A stretch of DNA of 64,000 nucleotides, taken from the NCBI RefSeq assembly GCF_006345805.1, contig NC_043015.1:23622001-23686000 (forward strand). Direction: 5' to 3'. The translations under genes were made by a program, and so were the position numbers. The notes under the pieces were generated by a model that searched no databases, was not told where the DNA came from, and saw nothing but the letters and a program-made list of their open reading frames with translations. The number at the start of each line of letters is the position of its first letter. The stretch's first letter is position 1. This document shows, in pieces, positions 52,586 through 64,000 of this stretch. The DNA is from Octopus sinensis. Lineage: Eukaryota.

Positions 52586-55116
52586 GATCGATCAATCTAT
52601 CCATCGATCTTTCTTTCCCGCTCTCTCTCTATATATACATACATATATATTTATATATATATACATGTATATATGCATATATATGTATCTATACATGTAT
52701 GTACGTATGTATATATATATGTGTGTGTGCGTATGCTTGTATTTAAGTATGCAAATATTAACGTATATGTATATTGAGAGGCATGTAAAAGTAATCAACA
52801 GAAATTTTAAGAAATTAAGCACATACACAAACGTATGCGTGTTTGTGTGTGTGTGTGTGTGCATGTGTGTGTGTGTGTGTATATATATGTGTGTGTGTGT
52901 GTGAGTATGTGTATGTATATGTGTGTGTCTGCGCTTGTGTGTGTGTTCACGGCTTGGTCTGGCATGTCTTACGTGTATTTTCGTAGACTTTCATCTACGG
53001 AGACTTGAAAACAGGTTCCCCAACGGAAATCAACCTAGTTCTAAAATCAATGTATTGAATTAGACATCCTAGTATTTCCAGCTGATCCGGCACTTTTAAA
53101 ATACCTGTCATCTTTGCTGTTTCTGTTGGAAGTTTTCACATGCTCACAAGATTGGTTGTGCTTCATTCCTTGTATGCCTCACATCCATACAAGTCTTAAA
53201 TATGCAATCATTTTTCTGTACCTACTGATATAACATTTATGAACAGCAATAAAATTCTTGCCGTTATATACGTATCGTACATCCTTTAAATGATAGCTAA
53301 ATCTATCTTAAATCACATCAGAAAAATTGAGAAAATAGACACAGGGAACAGGATTATACTGACGAGATGGTTATGTTCGGAAACCTTTTAAATATGTGCC
53401 ATTTAATTTGTATTAACTTCGGTTTGAAACACGATAGATTGTGTTGAAACGCTTCCGGTGTATCAATTTATCAATATATTTATAGACGTATTTAGTTTCT
53501 GAAACTAGGTTTTGTACATGGCCAGTCATTCAGCTAAACATTACCAAATGTTAATGAACTCAAGCTTTATATCTTACCAAATCATATTCCATAATCTGAT
53601 CCTCGCCACTTTGCATATAGGTAAAAGTCGAGACTTTCATAGTTGGAATATTCCTGAATATAGATTTTATTGATTGAATTATATTTTGAATTAAACAAAT
53701 ATGAAAACAAAAATATTAGCCATTTCAAGAAGATGAAAAGCTTTTCGGCGCCCATAGAACCAAGCTTCTATGGAATTTACATTTAACATTATTTATCGAT
53801 TTAAACACTGAACTGAATTCAAAACCAAAGAATTTCAATCCAAATAAATATCTATTTAGATATGTTATTATTTCCCTGGGGTATTAGAGCTAATTTCAAT
53901 CTGAACTATGTTTTCGTAAATGACAAACAAAGCCACGAACATGAAGATATTTTTAAAATGTTTACTTCTATTCCAATATATTCTGAAGAAAGTAATATCA
54001 CTTGCACTTTTATTAACACCAATATCCACTTTTCGGTGAAAATAATTAGTTTCGGGCAGATAACTAAAATTTTGTTTTCGTAAGCCAAACAACTTTCACT
54101 TCTCTCTGATATCAACTGTGATAATGGTTACCTTTATTTATTGTTTGTTGGTGTTTTTTTTGTTTTTGATTCTTCTTGTTATTTTTGCTGTTGTTGTTTT
54201 GTTGTAGCCATCATCGTCACTGTTGTTGTTTATTTCCATGTCTATTGCGAGAGAGCACATCTATAATAAATATAAAAAAAGTGTTCGTCATTATCATAGT
54301 TTCTTTCATGAATAACTAGGTCGGCATTTTCACATATGTTCTTAGATCTTTGAAGATGGTATATAAATGAAATAAAGATATCAATAAATACCATAAAAAT
54401 TATTATTTGACGCTATACTATGTGTCTGAAGTTCAGCCATATCGGAATAAATCCGAGACATTTGGCAATGTTAGTAGAAAGAAACGAGCAATTTTTCCAT
54501 AGCATTGTGATCTGTCATTTGATTATATAATTAAAGAGAAGTTTCAAACCCTAAGAAATAATTCTGTAGCGAAAAATCCGTGGGTAGATTATTATATACC
54601 ATGCAGGCTATATGATATGCTCCGTGTTTTCTATAACCATCACATCGTATGAAGCCAGTTTGTCGTAATCAAAAGTAATAGAAACGCCTGAAAAACAATT
54701 GTTTGCCCACTTGATCGTGTTCGCTATATATACTGAATATATTCAAATAGTATGCGCCACACTCGCGCGCCATTTCGGCGATATACTAGATTAGATCCAA
54801 TTTTTGCTGGTTATTCATCTATACATTTCGGTACAAGGGATAGTCTTTTATCTAGTAAAATAGATGACACTCTGTCTACTGTTTTGATGTCTTCCATACA
54901 ATGCGCATAAAGGTATTTACATGTCAGATACTTTCACTATCTCTATACTTCTACGCTAGAATAAAAATTGATAGGTATGTTAGTTTTCTGAATAGATGCT
55001 GGAGATAGCAATATAATTTTAGTTCTCCATATATAAAATGTATTTATACATGCATACATACATGTACCGTGACAGGCAAAATAATATACATAAATACATT
55101 CACACACACACACACA

Positions 55117-55147
<31 letters not shown>

Positions 55148-55378
55148 CATTTCACTTCTGTATTAACAATGCTACCAAGTGTTTCATGTTGACGGAATCA
55201 CTTAGCAAATATCAAGCTTGCCACATCGGAACTTTGATACTTGTCTCTACTTAGGATGGCAGGTGTGTATATGCATACACACACACACATATATATATAT
55301 ATATACATACATACATACATAGACACACACACATATAAATACATACATACACACACACACACACACATATATATATAT

Positions 55379-55809
55379 TAAACAAGGAAACATTCTTCAT
55401 TGAAAAGTACAAGCCCAGACTCAACCATCCGAACATACTGATACAGAGAAATTCACATTAAGGGAAAGGAAAAAAAAATTTAAGCAATTATCTCCCTTAC
55501 ACCGGAAGAAATCACCCACTACCTTCCCTTATTTAGAACTCTCCGGAGCTTAAACACAAGGATAACTCTATTAAACATAAACATAACGTCACAAGAAATT
55601 TGAAAAGCTAAATGCGAAACCGGTCTTTCTTTAAAAATTATGTCATTATAAAGGAAAAAAAAATTGTTTAAAAAATTTTCTAATATTCTTCAGACATATT
55701 GACGCAAATATATATATTTTTTAACATTTAAGCCTTCTGTCGTTTTTTCACTCTTTACTATTTTTTATATATTCACCCACGTGCTTTCACAAACCAACTT
55801 TCTTATCTA
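55379..55809 (+). mobile_element. Second, 5'-truncated copy of the Neptune-type PLE (end of endonuclease, 3' UTR/pLTR, leader)
   Basis: AAACAAGGAAACATTCTTCATTGAAAA.. matches 30741 onwards, then continues into ATTCACCCACGTGCTTTC, which matches the 5' leader at ~27197. Confidence 0.9.
55593..55632 (+). ncRNA. Minimal hammerhead ribozyme motif, U3-A8 core variant
   Basis: AAGAAAT-TTGAAAA-GC-TAAAT-GC-GAAA-CCGG-T-C-TTTCTT. Core, stem II and palindromic stem III (ACCGGT) are intact; stem I is shifted by one missing base. Confidence 0.65.
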
Positions 55810-55964
55810 TATATATATATATATATAGGTTTTAGCGGGCAAGTTTAACCGCCTATGACCTGTGCTATAAGAATTTTACAGTGGATGTGTAGCACCATTT
55901 GGCGTCTGTCTTTAGCGTGTCGGAGAAGGCTTGATCGCCTTGATATAACTATTCTTTTATTCTT

Positions 55965-56342
55965 TTACTGTTTCAGTCATTTGATTGCGGCCATACTGGA
56001 GCACCGCCTTTTAGTCGAGCAAATCTACCGCAGGACTTCTTCTTTGTAAGCCTAGTACTTATTCTATCGGTCTCTTTTGCCGAACCGCTAAGTTACAGTG
56101 ACGTAAACACACCAGCATCGGTTGTCAAGCGATGCTAAGGAGACAAGCAGACACGCAAACATATACACACAGAAACATACATATACATGTATATACATAT
56201 ACGACAGCCTTCTTTCCGTTTCCATCTACCAAATCCACTCACAAGTCTTTGGTCGGTCCGAGGTTATAGTAGAAGACACTTGCCCAATTGCCACGCAGTG
56301 GAACTGAACCCGTAACCATGTGGTTGGTAAGCAAGCTACTTT
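55965..56342 (-). mobile_element. Full-length tRNA/CORE SINE
   Basis: Minus-strand head GCTTGCTTACCAACCACATGGTTACGGGTTCAGTTCCACTGCGTGGC..GGGCAAGTGTCTTCTACTA; tail ..GCCGCAATCAAATGACTGAAACAGTAAAAG. Confidence 0.85.
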
Positions 56343-56479
56343 ATTTCATAAAAAAATTGCCATAACGGCATTACAAAGAGTAGCTGCGAGCTGGACATTG
56401 ATGAGGTGAATGATGAAATAAGGATGATATTGATGAGAGAAGGCAAAAATGCCCGCCGATTTTCTTCTCTAAAACATTG

Positions 56480-58357
56480 TTCTTTTTTTTAAAACAGAAT
56501 AAACAAAGTGAGGTATTGAACCTCTCACAACAGTTTTTACAGTTTTTGGACTTAATAGTCCATTACAAATATTAACATGCAAAATGTATTCAATATACAA
56601 TCAACACTAGTCCATTTACAAATGAGGCGCTGAGCTTCTTACACATTATAGCACTGAGGCTTTTCAACCTCTTGTCAATTTTCCACCTCATAATCACTTG
56701 TGTCCGTGTACACCGCCATAGCCCATGCTTCGTTTAAAATCAAGGCAGGGTCCGAATTAGCGTCACCCGGTCATGAGCGATATTCTTCTTTTAGTCCCTT
56801 CATCATCATAAACAGCGCAACGTTATGACCTCCACATCTATCTGCGGAGGCCATTCGGGGTCCTGTGTGAAGGCCAAAGGTATTCCCTCGTAGTGTTCTT
56901 TTACTATCTTTTCCACCTCTCCGCCTCTATAAAAGAAGACCAACAGTTTCAGGCCCATCGGGTCTGGGTCGGTCAATTTTACCGTTGGCAGCACAATTCC
57001 CGACAATTGTGTCACCCCCCGCTCCGGTAGCACAACCGACGAGGCTCCGTGACACTCCGGCGTCATGTCTCCGACTGCCGGCAATGTGCCGTTTCTCTTC
57101 CTCTTCCTCTTTTTTCTTCTCGACTAGGGGAGGGTGCGTCTTCTCTGTGACCTGGAGATTCGCCTCCCCTCCCACATTCCCAGGATCTTTCGGTGAGCAC
57201 CCATTATTGCTCTCGTTCCTTTTGCGGCTCTTCTTTGAGGTGGCCTCTATCTCTTCGGTCGCCTTCATTCCCTCCTCTACAGATGACACTTGGGAAGGGG
57301 GGCGTCCCTCAAGAATCACCGGATATTTAGACCCGGCCATTCTCAAAAAGTTCGGAAATACCAGACTTTCGGCTGACTGGGTCCATAGTGTCAAAACAGC
57401 TTTTGACCCCTCCCAGTCAGCCGTAGGCAGAATATTTACGCTGAGGAGCTTGGTGCTACTGCCACCCAGACCCCGGCGGATAGTATCTCCTATCCACTGG
57501 GGCTCAACTCCGGGTGGCTAGCCGCAAACCCAAGGCCTCGTCAAACTCTTCCCACAATAAGTGGGGAGAAACAAGATTTCATTACCCTCCGGAGGCTGAC
57601 TTCCAAATTCAAAGGCAACTTCTGGAGAGTCAAACAGCAACCACATGGTTGCGTATTTGACCTCCCGAGTGATAAACTTAATCTCTGGCTTAAATTCTGC
57701 CAGCTCTCTTTCGATTATATCCTTTCTGAAAACGGCAATGGCGTCGTGGGTCCTAGAGTAGCTCCTCAAAACCACCGTCTTACTTTCAAGTTCTTTTAAC
57801 CATTTTTTGGGTTGTGTAATTTCCCACTTCACCAACATTTCATTGTTATTTGCCATGTTTTTTAGAAAGAGTCCAAAAATACACTTGTTAAAAAATAATT
57901 AAAGAAAAAGAAGGAAGAGGAAAGAGTCCAAACAAAAAGGAGAGATAAAAAAATTAAAAGAAGAGAGAGCAACAGTTCAAAACACAGCAAAGGCCACTTG
58001 GTACTCCAGGCCAAAATTTAACACAATTGTAAAACAGATTAAAAAATCATTCCAATTTTCTTCTAGGTACTCCTTAACAGGAACAACACTATTTTCAAAC
58101 AAATAATTTGGCAGGATACGCCCACCAAACCAATAATTTTCACAATTAAGTGACTAATATCTTCACTCAGCCTCAGGTAGACTAGAGTCCAGTGAGAACT
58201 TCTTACTTGTGAAAATAATTTGCGACATACAACAGGTCCCCAATAGATCCCAAAAATTCTTACCTTACGGCTGGGTTTCAAAAGCCTTCAATTTAGGACG
58301 GCTTCAAAAAACACGTCTCACACCTTCTGTGTCAAACACAACTCTAATTCGCACAAC

Positions 58358-58361
<4 letters not shown>
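56480..58361 (-). mobile_element. Tx1/L1-type element carrying only ORF1 (RRM-like regions plus degenerate zinc knuckle); no ORF2 visible
   Basis: ATG at 57856. A single in-frame TAG (57518) separates MANNNE..RPWVCG from PPGVEPQW..FPNFLRMAGSKYPVILEGRPP, which resembles the IPxxIxIxGxxxxVxYxGQP-CCHC motif of Tx1 ORF1. About 500 bp of 5' UTR; T/G-rich 3' region ends in an A-run near 56490. Confidence 0.6.
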
Positions 58362-58438
<77 letters not shown>

Positions 58439-58441
<3 letters not shown>

Positions 58442-60063
58442 TTGCGGCCAAAATGTTCAGAACGGCATTGTTTTCATCAGAAAAGTAAGTATAAGCTTTT
58501 ATCAAAGTAGTTTTATATTCTATAATTTTTACAGACAATAAATACAATATGAATTGTTATTGTGTGAGATTTTGGTGTAATTTGAGGGGTTAACACAAAA
58601 GTTATGGATGATTTAGTGATTTATTGCAAAACCCATGGCGGTCAAACTGATCAGAACGGTTGAAAAAATAAAATAATCAAAAATGACAGAAAATACTGGA
58701 ATTATTTAATATTTAGTGTGAAGCCCTTTAGCTTCAATCACACTCTGACATCTTTGACTGCATGAGGAAATTAAATTTTCAATTTCCTGCTGGGTGATCT
58801 TATTCCATTCTTTCTGAAGGGCATTCCCTAATTGCTCAGTTGTTTTAGGATTTCTGGCTTTCGAACGTTCTCCTAGAATATTCGATACATTTTCAATAGG
58901 ATTGAGATCTGGGCTTTGAGCAGGCCAATCCATAACAATAACCTTTTCAGCCTTAAGGAAGTTCATGATCACCTTAGCCTTGTGACATGAGGCATTGTCC
59001 TGCATGAATATGAGTGGTCGCTTATTTGAATTTCTCAGCACAGGCAAAACATGCTCTTTTACAAGTTGTTTATAAACTCCAGCATTTACCTTTAAATGTA
59101 ATCGCACCAAAGGGCCCACACCATCTCCAGATATCATCCCCCAGACCATGACACTTCCTCCACCGAATTTAACGCTAGTCTTAAGGCATTTAGGCGACAA
59201 TTTTTCACCTACTTTTCTACGAATATACCTTTTCCTATCTGAGCCAAATAACATAAACTTAGATTCATCACTGAAATGCACCGTTTGCTATTTTTCTTGA
59301 GACCACAACACGTGTTTGGTTGCAAAGTTAAGACGACAGTTTTATTCTTGGAGCTGATCAGTGGCTTCACTGCAGGTGCTCTTGCTTGTAGGTCATGTTC
59401 AACTAAACGACGAGACACAGTTTTTCGAGATAAAGTTTTCTTCAATACAATGCTTATTTTCCGAGAAAGAGCAGCAGCAGTTTTAAATCTGTCCTTTTAA
59501 ACCAAATTTACCATAGCACGATCTTCTCTCTTGGTCGTTTTTCTTGGCCTACCTGTAAACTTTCTTGCTTCACACGGACCACAATCATCGTAGACCATAA
59601 GAATACCGTGTACAACACTTTTTGACTTGTTAACAATCTTTGCAATAGATCCAATACTTAAATTATCCTTCCTTCGAAGCTTAATAATCTGCTGACGAAT
59701 TGGTAACGGAGTAAGTGGCATTATATTAACAAAGTACACTGCAAATATTCTTACTAATGTTTAGTAAACGAACCGTCACGTAAATAAATTCAAAACATTA
59801 GAGTTCGCCGGTTAAATATACTAAAACACGGTGTAAAAGCAACCGTTCTGATCATTTTGGCCGCCATTGGTTTTGCAGTAAATCCTTAAATAATCCATAA
59901 CTTTTGTATTATCTTCTCAAATTACACTAAAATCTCAGGCAATAACAAATAATATCGTATTTAATGTCTGTGAAAATTATAGAATATAAAACAACTTTGA
60001 TTAAAAATGATATCTACTTTTCTGACGAAAACAATGCCGTTCTGAACATTTTGGCTACCATTC
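58439..60063 (-). mobile_element. Tc1 transposon (DD34E) with ~230 bp IR/DR-type terminal inverted repeats, TA-flanked
   Basis: Left end CAGTTGCGGCCAAAATGTTCAGAACGG; right end CCGTTCTGAACATTTTGGCTACCATTC. The inner repeat TGATCAGAACGG occurs in each TIR. TA on both sides. Confidence 0.95.
58706..59721 (-). pseudogene. Tc1 transposase, ~339 codons, with one stop and one frameshift
   Basis: MPLTPLPIRQQII..GRPRKTT..; FSDESKF, FMQDNASCH and WPAQSPDLNPIENV (34 residues between D2 and E). Confidence 0.92.
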
Positions 60064-60083
60064 TATATATATATATACAATTG

Positions 60084-60215
60084 TTATTATTAACGCTGCA
60101 AAAGCATCGCAGAAAGCATCACAAAAAATAATCAGTTTTACGTTCCTGTTCGTGAAACTCTCAGTATCAGATTTTTTATGATACTCTCGTAATGTTTTTA
60201 CAGCTTTAGTAATAA
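60084..60215. repeat. Imperfect inverted repeat (~60 bp arms, 8-nt loop) built from the pLTR-like repeat of 19800-19945
   Basis: The reverse complement of 60084-60142 (CGTAAAACTG..TTTTTTGTGATGC..TTTTGCAGCGTTAATAATAA) aligns with 60151-60215. Confidence 0.75.
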
Positions 60216-60833
60216 AGCATATTACGCTACTTTGCTATTCGGACTATTTTGTAACCGTTGTATTTTGGGCCTTATGGGTTTAATGAATAAAATTTGCACG
60301 TTTAGGTACACTGGAATTTGATTCTGAATGGAATTTGTGAATTTTTACTTTTTTCAGCAATGGTCTCTTAATAGTATACTCATCTTTCAAATCAGGTTCA
60401 TAATTGCAGAGCTAAAGGGGGATATTCCCCCATCGTTGAAGAAATGTTAATTTCTTGGTCTGGCATGTTTCTGTCTAAAGTTTCATGTTATTTTCCTGGA
60501 GTAGACCTTCATATACTGGAATTCCTATTTGCATTTGTGCATCAATTGTCTTCATTTCCTTCCATTGGTATTTGGTCTTGATCGTCAGAGTTGAGTTTCC
60601 ATCCGGAATTGCAGACAGCCATTTGATACCTTGATTTGTTTCGTCGTTCAGGTTCATTAGGGAAAGATTTTATTCATAATTTTGCGGGGAGGATCACTGA
60701 TATTGTAGCCAATATTTTTAGCGAAGTTTCATGTGATAAATTTGTGATCTGTGTAGTTCTGGTTTCAGGTATATATTTACATATGTATAACTATGAAATA
60801 TATAATATAATACACACACACACACACACACAC

Positions 60834-60870
<37 letters not shown>

Positions 60871-61125
60871 CAATATCAATATTGAATTATGATTATATGA
60901 TAGAGAAGAATATGTATTTTATACACCTAATCAATTTCAATACACTTTACATAAAGCATTTAGCATTTATCATCCGCAAATTTACCACCTGTACTCACTA
61001 GATTCACAAAGAAATAACCCTCATTAAATATCCTTGATTTCATGATGGCCACGTACTATTTCGATAACATTGAAACGTATAGAATAATAATAATAAACAT
61101 AATAATTGTAAAAGCAGCGACGACA

Positions 61126-61172
<47 letters not shown>

Positions 61173-61200
61173 AAGAATTGATAGTAGTAGTAGTAGTAGT

Positions 61201-61745
61201 AAATACCCTGAAGCAGCACAAGTCATTGGCTCTCATGTCCTTTGATCTTAACAGATTAGAAGTGTTATCATGTACATTGTTTTGTCTTGGTATAAAAGAT
61301 TGGCTACACCAAATATTCTGCTCAATACCTCTGGTTTGCATGTCAGTTGTTTGACCATAACCTTTTGAGCATCTCCATTAGGCTGACGATATGAGCATCT
61401 CTGATCACGAGCAGAAATAGTGGGGGAACACCATAGCCATGTGTTGAGAGGAATTCTTTGGGATTTGAATAATTCACCCTTGGAAACTTGCGTGTTTTCT
61501 TCATCATTCTTAAACAAACCTTATTCAGAGACCTTTTGAGTAGGATGGGCTTCTTGAGCTGAAAAAACTTCTAACTGGGCCCCACCTGCAAGGTCAAGTG
61601 CTGTTTATCCTCATACAAGATCACCATATTTTGGTGATGCATGTTCCTGGTGTACACTTATCATACGTGTAGTCATGGAGGTTATACTGGGCTTCATATA
61701 TTTTATCCCAGTGTCACTTTGATGGCAACCATTGCTCTCCCACTC
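61201..61745 (+). mobile_element. Non-coding TAA-tailed element, copy 3 (full-length, more diverged)
   Basis: AAATACCCTGAAGCAGC...TGCTCTCCCACTC-(AAT)n. Same 5' start as copy 1. Confidence 0.85.
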
Positions 61746-61799
<54 letters not shown>

Positions 61800-63536
61800 C
61801 TTCCCCATGAAATATCACGTGAATCCGAGTATGCATTTCAAGTTATTTGTCAATGAACGATATCAACCAGGCTTCGAAGAAAAAGAAATGAAATGGGGGA
61901 AAACAAATTGAACTATGTACTTACAAAAATATAACATAGTTATCTAGACAAGGAGCAAAATATATGAAGGAGAATCGGAAATATGAAGAATGTGTGAGAA
62001 ATAATGTGAAATATAAATTTTTAAAAAAATGAATGTTTATAATGAAGGAACTAAAAGCATTTAGCTAAAATGAAGTTCTGACATTTTTATTATGCGTCGT
62101 TTCTATCACGCTGTAACGCAATTAAAATAACAAAATTCTAATATATTTCTCTGAAATTTTATAAAAATTCATTATTTTCAAACAATTTCCTTGAAAGTTT
62201 TCAGAGTTAACTAACAAAGTTTGCCTATTTATTTTTTAAAATTTAATTTATATATTTATTTTGTGTCTTCTTGAAAACAAATTTTGAATAATTTTGTCAG
62301 TTTTGTAAAATGCAAAATATTTTGATTTCGATTTTTATTTTATAAAGAATTTCTATTTTATATTTTAACAATTTAGTTTATATTGCAGAATTCTCTCTTC
62401 AGCAACACGTTTTAAAGTGATTACCGCTAAACAATAGAAATGCTAAATTAAGAAGGACATACTGTAATTTCCTATAGTCGGGAGAATCACCTAATTTATG
62501 AAGAATCCTTACTAGCGAGAAATCAAATCAGAAAAACAAAATATTTTTTTATGCCTAAGATATATAATAATCTAGCTGTGTTTGCGCAAATAACTGAATT
62601 TTTAACGTACACATACAAATAAGGAAATAATAATATTAACGTGTCTTTAATTTTCATATATTGTTAAAAGTAGAATTGAATCATCGGTTCACTGTATTTA
62701 CACTGTCAACATTGACAATGGGTGGTTGTGCACTCGGCTTTTGAAAATATGTATCTCGTCGCGCATGTCCATCCGAAGGACAATGTCAGGATGTCTGCTT
62801 TGTATTCTTATAGACGAGAAAAGAAATTTGCTATTCACGGTATGTTACTTAACGTCGGATGTTGAAATTCCTTGCGCAGGTATTAAAAGCAGCTACAATT
62901 ATGTGGCACACTGGCATTGATCAAAAATATAAGTCAGCATATTTCTTACTTTGAGCACATTTCACTGATGACTACTGTTTCAAGAATTGCTCTCCACTGA
63001 TAAAAGGTGCTGATTGCGTGTTATCTTTCCCACATTTATGTCATAAGATAATAATTCGAAAGCGAGTTTGTATGCTTTGCAATGCATATGTCTGGAACAG
63101 ACGGATGTACTGTTAAATGTTATGGGTTTGGAAATTGTAAACAGTTCATCTTTTTTCCTTGTAAATATACCTGACATATTTTCATTACCCTGTCATCGTA
63201 GCAGTTTTATAGTATACAGTAGAGGTACGTCTGTCGACAGTACTCTCTGCTTCAGCTCAGACTCTCGCGTTGATTTTATTTAGGAGCTCCCAATAACCTA
63301 AAGTCAGTTTGTGACATTAAATTCTGAAATCTTTCCTAATCAACAATTCTAGATCTTCTTATATTGTGAAGTATGCTTAAAAATATACTTTATAAGAAAC
63401 TTTAACTTTATATATGTATTTATATGTTTGTGCATGCGTATATATATATATACATATATACATATATACATATATAACCAGTAAGGTCTTTTGGATATTT
63501 AATATTTCTTAGGTTGTTATTTAATACCCAACAGAT

Positions 63537-63587
<51 letters not shown>

Positions 63588-63634
63588 TATTATATGTATA
63601 TATTTATATATATTTGTGTATGTATATATATGTC

Positions 63635-63683
<49 letters not shown>

Positions 63684-63707
63684 ATGTGTATATATATATA
63701 TATATAT

Positions 63708-63753
<46 letters not shown>

Positions 63754-64000
63754 GAGGGAATACACAGAGTACACAGCATTTGACACCAGATAAAATATAC
63801 AGAGGCCAACTGACATACAAGATTTAGTGAAAATCCTGTCAAATGAATTTTCCATGTGATACATCACCAAACTAAACTCATGAGATGGATCCAACGATCC
63901 TTCGTGACAAAAGAACTGGTAGTTTTGCTGATTTTATTGAAAAAAAAAATTGTGGACAGATTCTATTACTGCTCACAGATTTTGTCACCAATCCTATCAC

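Overview
AT-rich, microsatellite-saturated animal genomic DNA. The SINE families and repeat landscape fit a coleoid cephalopod, probably Octopus (inference from repeat style, not database-checked). I recognise no host protein-coding exon; most entries in the ORF track are translations of (TA)n, (CA)n, (TAA)n or (CAT)n repeats. What I can support is a set of mobile elements: four R4/Dong-clade RLE retrotransposon copies, all abutting (TAA)n in the same polarity; three copies of a ~550 bp non-coding element that also ends in (TAA)n; a near full-length Neptune-type Penelope-like element (PLE) plus a second 3' copy; two Tx1/L1-type ORF1 remnants; a CR1-type LINE; RTE fragments; a DD34E Tc1 with long IR/DR ends; a DD37D maT remnant; and many tRNA-derived SINEs. 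The most interesting structures are: (1) an apparent tRNA-head/(TAA)n/hammerhead-ribozyme composite SINE split by a Dong insertion (1308-2812); (2) a PLE hammerhead with a U3-A8 core in both diverged copies; (3) a 7 kb head-to-tail array of TAA-targeted elements (31698-38771); (4) a 1.3 kb inverted duplication with arms 18 kb apart; (5) a cluster of fold-back palindromes at 18.8-20.2 kb. All alignments were done by eye, so boundaries of degraded elements are approximate (tens of bp).
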